Assembly (NCBI RefSeq): GCF_009914755.1
Contig: NC_060931.1
DNA from: the human T2T-CHM13v2.0 reference genome, Homo sapiens
Direction: 5' to 3' (one strand)
DNA: 64,000 nt
Both the position numbers and the translations under genes were made by a program. The notes below the pieces were generated by a model that saw only the letters and a program-made list of their open reading frames with translations, ran no database searches and was not told the origin of the DNA. Of this stretch, positions 12,740 to 24,038 are shown piece after piece (position 1 is the stretch's first letter; every line of letters starts with the position of its first letter).

Positions 12740-13825
12740 ACTACTCCTCAGGCCGCCGGGAGCCTGTCAGTCGGCTGTGGCAGCTGGAAGAGAAGGAATC
12801 GGACGGAGAAGAATGAAAAATCACTTTGCTTTCGCAAAGCGAAAGAAAAGTATTCTTTTCCTCATTATTTTTAAATAAATTTGATTGTATATTTACCTAA
12901 TAAAATAAACATTCAATTAAACAAAAATAAGCAACTATCAAAGATTTGTTTACTAATTTTCGTAATGTTTACTGTTTCAATAAGTAGCCAAAGGAATATT
13001 AAAACACAAAAATATGAATGCTGATAATTTTATGTCATAAAGACCATTTTAAAACTAAAAGTGAACATGGGGTTTCTAAATAAAATTACCGTGGTAGCGT
13101 AAAAACACTGCTTTCAATACTTGGGCATGCTGAAAGTGCTGCATCCTAAGATAAAAAATACACCAAGGGGGGGATTTCAAAGAACATTATTTTGCTTTTA
13201 ATAATCCTGTATTTCTGTCACTTTGCCCTTTTTATTTATTTACCGTGAACTCACAGACAGAATATTACTTGGAGTTTCTGAAATACTTGTGTTTGTACAT
13301 TTCTCATCTTACACGTACCCACACACCCCAAAATAAAAAAACAAAGAAGAGGATCTCAGGGACTGAGAAGTCATTACCGGTTTTAAAATTCAGAATTCGT
13401 AAAACCGAAGCTCTAATTTGTCAGTTACAAAATTCTTCTAGAACCACTGTAATTTAGAATATGTGCAGAACTATAAGATGTTTATTATTTCTTTAAAATA
13501 TATGTGAGTACAAACCAACAAGTTAACAGCTTATAATAGGAAAGCACTCTCCAGACTTCTGCCCATCTCCATCACGCCGCGGAAACTTGTCTGAAAGGAG
13601 AATTTGGATGCAACAGGGCAACGGAGCGACGTTTCTCCTCTGCACTAAGCCAGCCCTCGCCTCTGAAGAATTTTGTACTAGGCGTTCACTAGCACTGAGA
13701 TGAACTGGAATTATTTCCACAGCATTAACCGAGTTAGGAAGTTTTTTTCAAACTTTGCATTTAACGGATTTTTTCCATCGGCATTTTATCTTTGCCACCA
13801 TCGTTTTACTGGTTGCTGCATCTTT

Positions 13826-13905
13826 CTAGTTTTCTTTCCTTTTCTTTTTTTCTTGCTCTTATTCTACCTTTCTTTGCTTTCTCTCTCTCTTTTTTTTTTC
13901 TCCCA
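13826..13905. repeat. Pyrimidine-rich low-complexity tract
   Basis: tttttctttccttttcttttttttcttg...ctctctctcttttttttttctccc. Confidence 0.7.
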
Positions 13906-14346
13906 GTTAAGGATTGTCACAGTGTGCCGGGTGTCTTTGTAAGTTCGTCCCTCGTCTTCATGATTACAAGAGGCTGATATATGTGTACCTGTGCCTACAG
14001 GGGAACTGAACAGGGCTAAGTGAGTGCTGAGAGGAGCTGGGGGAGAGATGTGTGCTGCAGATGAAGGTACGGCTGGGATGTGAAGCTAATTTAGTGTGTG
14101 CTTTACAAGGAATGCACAAATCAACACAGCGCTCAAATTAAATCTCTTCTTGAGGGGCTTAAGTATCTTCTTCAGGAAGAGTAAAGCATGTCTTCTAGTT
14201 CTACTTCCTTCCCGGTTAGCCAGCTGCTGGAGAGCCCCCTCAGTAAATTCCTTCCAGATCGACCTCAGTGTGGGTGAGAGCGCAGTCTGTGACCACCAGC
14301 GCTTCTGACTCAGCGGAAAACGCCGGCAAACAGGACTACACCTCAC

Positions 14347-14439
14347 CGCGGCGGCAAAAGCGGCCTCAGCTCCAGCACTCACAGCCACCACTTTCACCGT
14401 CGCCCCGCCACCACCACCTTCGCTGCCTCAACCCTGAGA

Positions 14440-14440
<1 letters not shown>
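14347..14440 (-). ncRNA. Candidate first exon of a minus-strand lncRNA
   Basis: Lies ~100-220 bp from the NRF1/CCAAT/GC-box cluster; minus-strand donor-like GCG|GTGAGG at 14347/14346. No transcript evidence available; TSS position is a guess. Confidence 0.25.
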
Positions 14441-14480
<40 letters not shown>

Positions 14481-14501
14481 GCACGCACGCGCGCGCGCAC
14501 A
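14441..14501. repeat. Compound microsatellite (AC)18-(GCAC)3-(GC)5, Z-DNA-prone
   Basis: Uninterrupted purine-pyrimidine alternation for 61 bp, read directly. Confidence 0.95.
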
Positions 14502-16019
14502 AACACCTCTCCCTGCTGTCAATCATACATGCGCGCCATAGCGCGCATGCGCACTGGTGGACTCCAGCCCCCACCGATCCTACGCCCTGTCTCTGCGTCT
14601 GGGACCAGACGCACCAATAAGAGAGCGGATTCGGGGGCGGGCCACAAGGAAGTAGCCAATGAGAGCGCGGTTGGAAGCCAGGGCTAGAGAGGAGTAAATC
14701 CTTCTGTCGTCCCCGTTCTGCCGCCCCCGCGATGATTTATGCGTCCTTTTTATTATTTGTAACACTTTGGGAAGTTATTAAAAGGAAGATCTACTGCTTC
14801 CTCCTTTTGGGTTAAACTGGATGGCAATGTTTGTCACTGGCCCTTATTAGGGAAGAGTGTGGCGAGGTGGAGGGCCGTTGGACGCTGGGTTTGTTTGTGT
14901 GGGTCTTGTTTTTTATTACAAGACACATTATCCTTTTAATTACAAGCTGTAGACAGGGCCAACTTCGAAGGTCTTCGTGGCGGAGTGATCTTGGATCATT
15001 CAGGGGGCTGAAACCCGATGCCTTCTGACTTTCGCGTCCGTACTCTTGGCGTTGGGAGGAGCCTCTCAGGAAGGTGTTGCAACCTTTGGTTGTACCAGAA
15101 GGAAATAAGCAAACTCCCATCACCCCCACCCCCATTCCCCGCCCTAACACGGAGTAAACTTCGGCCTTTTTCCGCTTGGATGCTCATTAAGAGTTAGTTG
15201 ACTTTGTAGCGGATGCAATAAAATTTGGATGGTTTCAGGCCCCCAAACAATCCTGGTTTCTGTTTTCCTCTCTCCCTAGGCACACCCCCAAGGAAATTGC
15301 CTTTTCAGCAGGCGCCTGCGGGAAAGAACCGCAGGAGACAGATTCCCTTTAGAGATCTGCATGGGGAGGAGGGAGATATGGAAATAAAGAGGGCCAAGGT
15401 AAGAGGACGGAGAGGCCATAGAGGACTTGCATGTTTGGGTGTGAGTTTTCTGGCCAACTAGGGGGAAAATCCACAAACCTGAGGTATCTGGTGGATGCGC
15501 TGAAAAATTAGCTCTCACCTGCAGAGTTACTCAACCCTCGTGCGCTTCTGCTCTGCCGGGAAGGGCCAGTCTCCGAGGGCGGAATAAGTATGGGTATTGA
15601 AAGGCAAGTAGGAAACAGCCAAAGAAAAGAACAGATACAAATTTTCTACTCCCGACCTCCAAACCAAAATCGCACTTTCAAACGTAAAACGCAATTCCAA
15701 GAAGACTGGGATGTAGGGAGTATGCGATGCCTCTGTTCAATAGGTCACTGTCAGGAACTTCAGTTTCTGGTGTTCAGATATTTGTATTTGAAATTAAGAA
15801 AATCAACGCAGGAGGGGTTGCTGGAGGATAAAGTGGGGTGACGAGAGACCGAAGGAGGGGGAGGAGGAGAGGGGTAGAAGGAACCAAGAACCATCTGATG
15901 GCAGAACTGGGCTGAAGGAAAACAAAACCGTGAACTTCAAAGCTCAGGCCTAATCCCCCTCAGGTTAATTTCTGCTTCCTAAAAAGTTTGATCAGGGTCA
16001 TAAATCACTCGGTCCACCC

Positions 16020-16630
16020 TTGCCGGTCCTGCCTGGTTCCCCAGGGTTCTCTCCCCGCAGCCCGCTGCAGGGGCGCAGGGTGAGTCTCCAGCCCAAGACC
16101 GTCTGAGGCTTCCCGGGGCAGGAGGGCTCCCGGGGCTGAGTGGGCGCACGGATGCGCGAGAATCCGCGTGCGGGGGAAGCGGGGAGGCGAGGGTCTAGGG
16201 AAGGTGCTGGCAGTGTTGCGGGCCAGACTGTGGAGAGATCCCGTGCAGATGCAGTTTCCATTCCGTCCGGCCTCAAAAAAAAAAAAAAAAAACCTTCAAG
16301 TGTGTCTGGCGTGCTGTTTGAAGAAGGTTACAGCGTGTTTAGAGATTTGCAAAGCTCTGCCGAGCAGTAAAGATTAGAAAGGCCTGCCTGAGATTTGTCA
16401 AATGACTTCCGGTAGCAGAGCCCCCAGTAAACAGGGAGGGCCCGGCAGCCTCAGATCTTGGCTCGGTCGGGGCCTGTAACTCCAGGCTGCACGGCGCGGA
16501 ATTGGTACGGCCGCACCAGGCGCGCTGCGAGGAGGATGGGCCTGGCCGGGGACCCGTGGAGGATCCGCCTCCAGTCCCGAGGAGGTCCCCGTTTTGTGGC
16601 TGTAGTGATGTGGCGTAAAAGTCAAGTCGT
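16020..16630. promoter_or_regulatory. CpG island 3 with ETS and CCAAT motifs
   Basis: CpG-dense; ACTTCCGGT 16405-16413 (ETS consensus ACCGGAAGT on minus strand); ATTGG 16501 (another at 16641 just beyond); internal A18 run near 16275. Confidence 0.8.
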
Positions 16631-17295
16631 GGACTTTTCTATTGGCCTTTCCGTGCAGGAAGCCCTAGATGTAGACCAAGCACTAATTTGGTGAATTTGT
16701 AGACCAACTTGACTGAAAGGCTCGGGGAAATGTCACCTAGATGAGTCTGACCCTCCCTAAATGAAAGCCATCTTGGAGGAGGCCAGGGAGTGAAATGGCT
16801 GGGGAAGGCCCGGCAGGTCTTCATCATAAGAGTCCACGTTTCTCAGCAGTAACGATAATATTTTAAAACAAAGCAAAACAACATTGTCAAAAAATCTAGG
16901 AGACAGTGATCACTGCGGTCAGGGGCGCTTAGTGGGCCGCAGCTCATAGGAATGCTGGGGTTTCCCAGATTCTTCCCAGACGGGCATCGCTTTCCTCTAG
17001 GAATGACAGTTTCCGCCTTGGCTCGCCTCAGAGGTGCGCATCAGAGCCAGCTCAGGAAGCCACTACCTGTCACAAAACCGACCACACCATTCTGGTTTAC
17101 ACGGAGCATATAGCTTGGGGTTACCCAGCTAAAATAAATAACTGAAGGGAAATTGTTGGTCAAGAAAAACAAAAGGAAAAATATATAATAAAAGGGGTAT
17201 CTATTGTTGGACGTGAGACGGGTCCCTCTACACACGGGAAGACGAGGCAGAGGAGATGTTGTTAATGCCCCTGGGTATTAGATACAAAGAAGCAC

Positions 17296-17380
17296 AAAAA
17301 AAGAAAAAGAGAAAGGAAAAGAAAAAGGAAGGAAGGAAGGAAAGAAGGAAGGAAGGGAGGAAGGAAGGGAGGAAGGAAGG
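17296..17380 (+). repeat. 85-bp homopurine tract ending in interrupted (GGAA)n
   Basis: Only A/G from 17296 to 17380; ggaaggaaggaaggaaagaaggaaggaagggaggaaggaagggaggaaggaagg. Confidence 0.9.
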
Positions 17381-17829
17381 TAGGTCAAGCCTTCTAGAAT
17401 TTGTTACCCTAGATGAATAATTACTTAGACTCACACACGCAGATGTTTTTTCTGTGAGAAAGAGATTAATATGGTCTGTCCGTAATGTGACATACACACA
17501 CAGGGGTTGTATTTCCATGTTTTAAAACACAAAACAACTAAAGTTGATCAGTGAGGGACATGTTTTTAACGGTTTAAATGTTTTATGATGGACCAGTAAA
17601 AGCAGAGTTAAATTTCAAGACATAATTGACTGGAGATTTGATTATTTCCCCCCATTTCTGAGGGGGAAATAATCCCTTTCCCAAAATAAAGTTATACCAT
17701 TGATAAAAATAGCGCAGAGGACCGTGAGAGTTAAATAAAGCAGAAAAAAAAAAAGACTATGTGTTGCATTGAGGCAAAAATAACGAAATTCAAAGGCAAA
17801 TTAAAATAAAGCAATGAGGATTTATCTGA

Positions 17830-18320
17830 GGAACCGCCACGGGCAGAGGAGCAACATCTGTCCCAGATGTCAGACTTCCCTGCAACTTGATCCATGCGTT
17901 TCCACTTTGGTTTCTGAACCGAAGGAGGAGTGCCGGCAAGGGAGCGCCCGCAGTCCTGCGGTACAGGGCTGGCGCAGCCTCTGAGTGCGTGTGTGAACTC
18001 TGCCAGGAAGCTGTGAGAGCCAGCCCAGGATTCAGTGACCCTGTTTCCCAACCCACAAGGACAAGTACATGGTTTTCTCTCTTATCAATTCCAGCCCCGC
18101 GCAACCAAGTGAAAGCAAATGCACTGGACCGCTTCGGAATTAAAATGAATTGCTAAAACCACGGACCGCTCTGTCCGGGGCCCAGACCTGTCTCAACTCG
18201 TGGTATTTACATTCCTAGAGCCCGTGCGGAGGAACACGTCGAGGCACGGGTGGCCGCAGCACCCGGCCTCCAGGCCTAGAGTGAAAAATTTTTTAAGATC
18301 TGGTTCTCTCCCCGCCGCCT
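17830..18320. promoter_or_regulatory. CpG-rich segment 4 (weak island)
   Basis: Raised GC and CpG density relative to flanks. Confidence 0.55.
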
Positions 18321-19614
18321 CTGTGGAGGGACTTGGGGGCATTCATCAGTCTGCAATGTTTATTCATTGTTGTAGTACCGAGCTTTCCAAACGAATAGGA
18401 AACTTTTACATCCCTTCCTTACACAGATATTTATTATCTGTAGGAATATTTAAGGGGCTGTACTGGGCCGTTCACCTTTGACAGGGGCCGTCACCTCACA
18501 CTCCAGTGTAATGGACCACACTGCGGCTGCATTTAATTTATTGGGGTGAGAAGTTGCTGCGGGAGGTTTCCAAAGGGGGTCTTTGTCACGAAGAGAGAGG
18601 CTCTGGTCCAACCCCGTAGGTGCTTAGAAGATTATATTTTGGCCTCGGAATAACACAACCGAACACAACTCAAAATATGAAAGACATTTCCTTAAGGTGT
18701 GGGTTCTGATACCGGAGTTCACAGATATTTAGGAGTCTATGGAGTGGCCTTAGGCGGTCAGGAACTCCCTGAAATGAAATGCTGCATTTTGGGTGGCGGT
18801 CATGTGGCTCCTTAACTTTTTTTTTTAAATTAAATTCTGAAAAGAGTCTGTGACTACTATCCACAGATGAAGAAAAAAAATCATTAAGAAGTCATAGTTG
18901 AAAATTACACCAAGGGCTCGGAAGTTTTGCACTGAGCCTGAATAGAGGAAACCTGAGAACTGGTATAATTAACAACCAAATAAGCATGATTTTTCACTTG
19001 CTTTAAGGCAAAAGATCAAAACGAGCATTACTGAAATCCTTTAAAAAGCCATGCTGTTGTGATAAACGCAAGAGAGCTCAGGGACCTGGCAACCGGCTAC
19101 CTGGTGTTAATATCAATGCATTTTTAAACCAAAATGCTTCATGACTCAATTTTCCCTCTAAACTTCAAGGCAACCCAAGCTCTCTTAATATTGTCATTAC
19201 CACGGCCCAGAGAGGGAACCCGATCCGATGTGGTTCTAAAACAAAATGGGATATTAACCGTGTTTGTTTTCACTTTGATCTATAGGAAATAGGTCCTGCA
19301 CCCTGTGACCCATTAAACTAATAAGATTATACACATCAGCAGAGCGGAGGTTCTAATTGTTTCCATCTGTCCCAGATCTTTGCATTTTAAAATTGATGAA
19401 AATAAGACATGATTTACAAAAAACAAAATATATTGAGAGTGAAAATGTGACAAAAGTGAACCCCTCGGACCACACATGCAACCAATTACTGAGAAAATAA
19501 ATAGATGTATATGGTGTGGCGCTTTTGGAAGAAGAAAAACCGAAGCACGAAACATAATCATTGAATTGATCTGGGGGTACTCACTCATTTCATAAAGCTA
19601 ACACTTGCTTGAAA

Positions 19615-20300
19615 ACACCAGCCAATCAGAAGCGTTTCCGGAAGACACTCTACACCTCTCCGCCTCTTCATAAATATTTAAACCGCTTCTTTCTAGATTT
19701 GTCATTTAAATCTACTAGGGAATGTGCCTCAAGGGCTCATCTTTCACTGGGTCGCTCACACAGAGGTGGGGCGAGAGGGAGGAGGCGCATTAGCCCTGCG
19801 CTCTCATTTGCTTAAACGGCCTTCTTACGTCATCGTAAGCCTAAGCCAATCCGTGAAGTGCACTTTGACAAGCTACCCGCCCCTAATTTGTCCTTTCACC
19901 GCCAGCCTAAGCCAATAGTGTGGCTGCATGTAAATGAGAAACCGCGAGCATCTCCCCCCGCCCCCGGCTCCGCCCAATTTCCCACCTCTTCCCGGAGCGC
20001 ACAGACGCCAGCTGAGTGGGAGGGGCCTAGCTGCGGGCGGAGCACGGAGGAGGAAGGGCACGAGGAAGAGGCGGAGCGGGCCGAGGCGCGCGGAGCTGGG
20101 TTTGCTGAGTGCTTCCTTCCTCGGCCCCACCTCCCGCCGGGCAGGATGCCGTTTGATCATTGGCTGGTTTAATAAAGAGGGCGTGTTTATTTTGCATAAA
20201 TAGTGGGCGGGCACCCAGGGCTGCTTTGTAACTCGAGAACCCGGTGTCCCGCCTGTCTCCCGGGGGGTATGGGCGGGTCTCCCGCCAGCCTCGCCAGACT
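19615..20300. promoter_or_regulatory. CpG island 5 with NF-Y/CRE/Sp promoter module
   Basis: AGCCAATCAG 19620; TTCCGGAA 19636; TTACGTCA 19825; duplicated AGCCTAAGCCAAT 19838 and 19904; GC boxes; ATTGGCT 20159; CpG-dense 19940-20295. Confidence 0.8.
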
Positions 20301-23300
20301 GAGCCAAGGGCCTGAAGGAAATAAATGGCTTTCTGAAAAAATTCGTCTTAATTCGCCCTTTTGAGAGAATTCTGTTTCTAAATGCATTTTTTTCGTTGGT
20401 TCTTACAAGTCGTTAAGAGTTGTAACATGAAATAAGTAGAGATCACCAATCTATCCGCCCCCAAATTAATTTTATTTTAATCTGTGTAAGGGCCACTGCT
20501 CCTGGCTGGCCGTGTGTGAAGCAAAATTTTTGTGCAATAAAAATTATTCCTTCACTAGAATTCATTTTTTCCTTTGCTATGAATTCCCTGTCTTCCTAAT
20601 TTTCCACTAGCAGAGCTAGGGAGAGCCGAGTTGCACTGAAGCAGAGAAAGGATGGAAAATTCTTTCGAGCTAAGCATTTATGAATTGCTTATGAATGATG
20701 TATGTGTTAAAATTGTTTCCAACAGTAAAATGCCCCAGGGATACTCGGTTGACAGTTTTTTAATAAGAGAATTCTTCTTGTGATTGATTTGATCTTTTTT
20801 TTTCTTTTTTCTTCTTTTTTTTTTTACAAAAATTTTCCCTGTTTTAGGTCGAACTGAACATAGACGTACCTTTTCACGATTTATGAAATAAGATGTCAAG
20901 TGACAAATACCTGGAAAATGAAAGGATGAACACGATCTTCAGGAACCTAAGTTTTAAAACATATTGTCTGCGCGTTTATACTGGGTAACATTTTTACAGT
21001 TTTCAGAAAAGTTATTATGGTAGTTTGTTTGCTCCAAATTAAATTTGGAAGTCTTTGTTCCTTAATTTGGATTACATTTTAAAATCTGAGTTGTCAACAA
21101 GGCCGTTTCACGAAAAAAAAAGTAAGAAAGAATTACTTCTTTTGGCAGGCTATGGGCCTTTATTTAAACAGAAATTAAAATTCACAGCCAAAATTCTTTC
21201 TCTCTCCACTGGAAAACAAATTACACCTTTCCGATTCTGCAATTTCTGGGCCTCCAGCACAGAAATGATAGAGGATTCCGAAGAATTTCTGTATTAGTAA
21301 GAAGTTAAGAGTGCTCTCAGTGGAGAATAATGGTTTGTGGAAAATTATAAGATCAAGGGGAATGGAAAAGTTTTCTTGTTAGGTCAGTATGGTGTAACGT
21401 TTATTCTTCTAAATACTTTTTGACATGTAACAAAGGTAGGAAAATTTGCTTAATTACTGTCTTTTTAAATTTACATCAGTATGTGGATTACATTTAACTC
21501 AATTCATATTTAATTTTGTAGTCTTAAAAGTAAATAACTTGAGGCATTATTTTATGCCTCCTCCATGAAATTATATCCAGAGACATTATTCCATTGCTAA
21601 CAAGTGATTCAGTGTTAAAAATAAATGTTAATTCCTATGATATTCCAAGCAATTACAGTAATGTATATCCATCTTAAAGCCAAAAACATTGTCAGTTGAT
21701 AATTTGTCAAATTGTTATTTGAAATTGAACTCTAGGTAAAGTAGAGTAATAAAACATTAGCACTTTTATACACCTGGTTCTTAGTAATTATAAAAAGTTA
21801 ATTTTACAATCTACTAGGAAATAATTACATTTTAGTGTTAATTTTAGGCGTTAGCTTTATATGACTGTGTTAGTGCTGTTTTAATAAGCTTTGGGGTAAT
21901 GAATAAAGTACTATTATAATTTAAGTAATATAACTAAGCATTAAACCCAAACTATTTATTATTTAAACCAGACTATCATGTTATTTTTCATTTTTCTTTA
22001 ATGAATAAGGTTTTTCTGGTTATGAAGTATATATGTTCCTGAAAAAATCTGAGAAATGCCAAAAGGCATAACAAGAAAAACCCAAAATGTTTATATGTAT
22101 TCTCACAATCAGTAAGTAAATCTGTTTCCTATATTTTCTTCCTATCTTTTTCTATGTATTAGTAGTGAGGTCATTTTTTTGTTTTGCTTTAGTACGAAAT
22201 TCCAGTTGGGTTCTATATTAAGAACTTGCTTCTCAAAGCTCAGATTTATTTTGTTCTTATTTTCTGCTTGGACTATAATTTGACTTTGTAAGAATTCACA
22301 GTTTTATTACATTCATATTTTTAACTTCTTTTTATTATAATAAATACACATTCATAAAGTAACCACTCAGAACTACTGAAAAGTAGAAGTAAAATATCAT
22401 AATGATCTGGCCATAAAAAATTCCCAGTTTGCATTTTTTAAAAACACAGTATTATCATTTATAAATATAAATCATTAATCTTTTGGGTTAAAACAATATT
22501 TTCAAAAGTAATTTACTTTTTTGCATATGTTTCAAAGATTTAAAAGTTGCATTTTAACATTCTAATGTAGCAAAGACTAATTTAAGTTTTCTTGTTCAGC
22601 TTAACTTCTGTAACCTATGCCAGCAATTCCAATATTGTTCACATAAAATAAACATTTTATCTGAGCTTTACAAGAATGCTTCTTCTTTATATTTTCTATT
22701 CTTCTTAATATGCATTTGTTGATTACTCCTCTTTCAAGTCCTGCATGAATGCATAATCACGGCAAACCAACACATAAAAGACATTGGTCTGTTTTCAAAT
22801 TGCAACATTTTTTCTTTAGCCCAATTATGTTTTACTAACAGCATCTGCTTCCAATCTATTTGCACTTTTAGGAATACTGATTTTTATTAATAGCACCTGA
22901 AAATAGCAGCAAACCACAAAGGACATGTAATTAAGAATATCATCAAACAAGTATTTAACAAAATGCATGATTAGCTATGTTTGTGGCCTCTAAATTGAGC
23001 AAAAGTACATATCTCACCGTTTCATTTTACAGTCTCTATTTAGTTGTTCCCCATCTTGATATTACGGTTTCAGTAACAAAACAAATAGCCCTGTTTATCA
23101 TTAAATTGTAAACTCATAACAATACACTGTTTATAATATATCACATATCCTGTAAGTTTCTAAGCCAAATTATTTCATTGTGGTGGCAGATGGTTGTGGA
23201 AATCAATCTGTTTTTACATGTTGGTTCTCTCAGCTTACAGTAATAACTAACTCTAACATATTTAAGTGAGGGTTCAAATAATAGAAATGAACCACGTTCC

Positions 23301-23733
23301 AAATATATAAATTACATTGCCAACTGTGAGAAAGTCGAAATCTGTGTTCCATGTTATTTTATTTAAATTTACGAATTATGTGAAATGGGTAATTCCATCC
23401 ATTTTTCCAGTATGGTTTTATAAGAAAAAGACATGGAAATTGATATCTCCATAGAACAGCAACAGTTTAGGCCACTATTTTTATGGATGCAGGGATCCAA
23501 GAATTAAATAAGAATACACAGTGACATTTAAAAACATCTCTGAATAAGAACTGATTGACCAATTACATGCTCACAGCTGGAAGGTGTTTGTTTCCATATA
23601 CTTTTCAAAAGATTGCATTTGCCTTTGTGGACAAACACTATCTCCAAGAAAGGAAATTAAGAACATGAAAGAGGTATTTTGTTTGTTTCAGGTTCCTTTC
23701 ATTATGGGTATTTTTAAAAAATTTAATACCATG

Positions 23734-24038
23734 GGCCGGGCGCGGTGACTCACGCCTGTAATCCCAACACTTTGTGAGGCCGAGGAGGGCAGATCATAAG
23801 ATCAAGAGATCGAGACCATTCTGGCCAACATGGTGCAACCCTGTCTCTACTAAAAATACAAAAATTAGCTGGGCATGGTGGTGCGCGCCTGTAGTAGCAG
23901 AAGTTAAACTATTCGGGAGGCTGAGGCAGGAGAATCGCTTGAACCCGAAGACGGAGTTTGCAGGGAGCAGAAATCGCACCACTGCACTCCAGCCTAGTGA
24001 CAGCGAGACTCTGTCTCAAAAACAAAAAAAAAGAAAAA
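23734..24038 (+). mobile_element. Alu, AluSc-like
   Basis: Full dimer; diagnostic tcaagagatcgagaccat and short cctagtgacag; A tail; accatg repeated on both flanks. Confidence 0.95.

Larger units (their letters stand above)
14270..14745. promoter_or_regulatory. CpG island 2 with promoter architecture (NRF1, 2x CCAAT, GC box, ETS)
   Basis: CGCGCATGCGCA 14542-14553 (NRF1 consensus); CCAAT 14614 and 14656; GGGGGCGGGC 14633; AGGAAGT 14647; TGATTTAT 14733. Confidence 0.75.

Noticed and set aside
19838-19916. Short direct repeats with unique spacers (also 33056-33130) as a CRISPR-like array
   Set aside because: Only 2-3 copies of 13 bp in eukaryotic DNA with no cas genes; explained by NF-Y sites and mariner TIRs.
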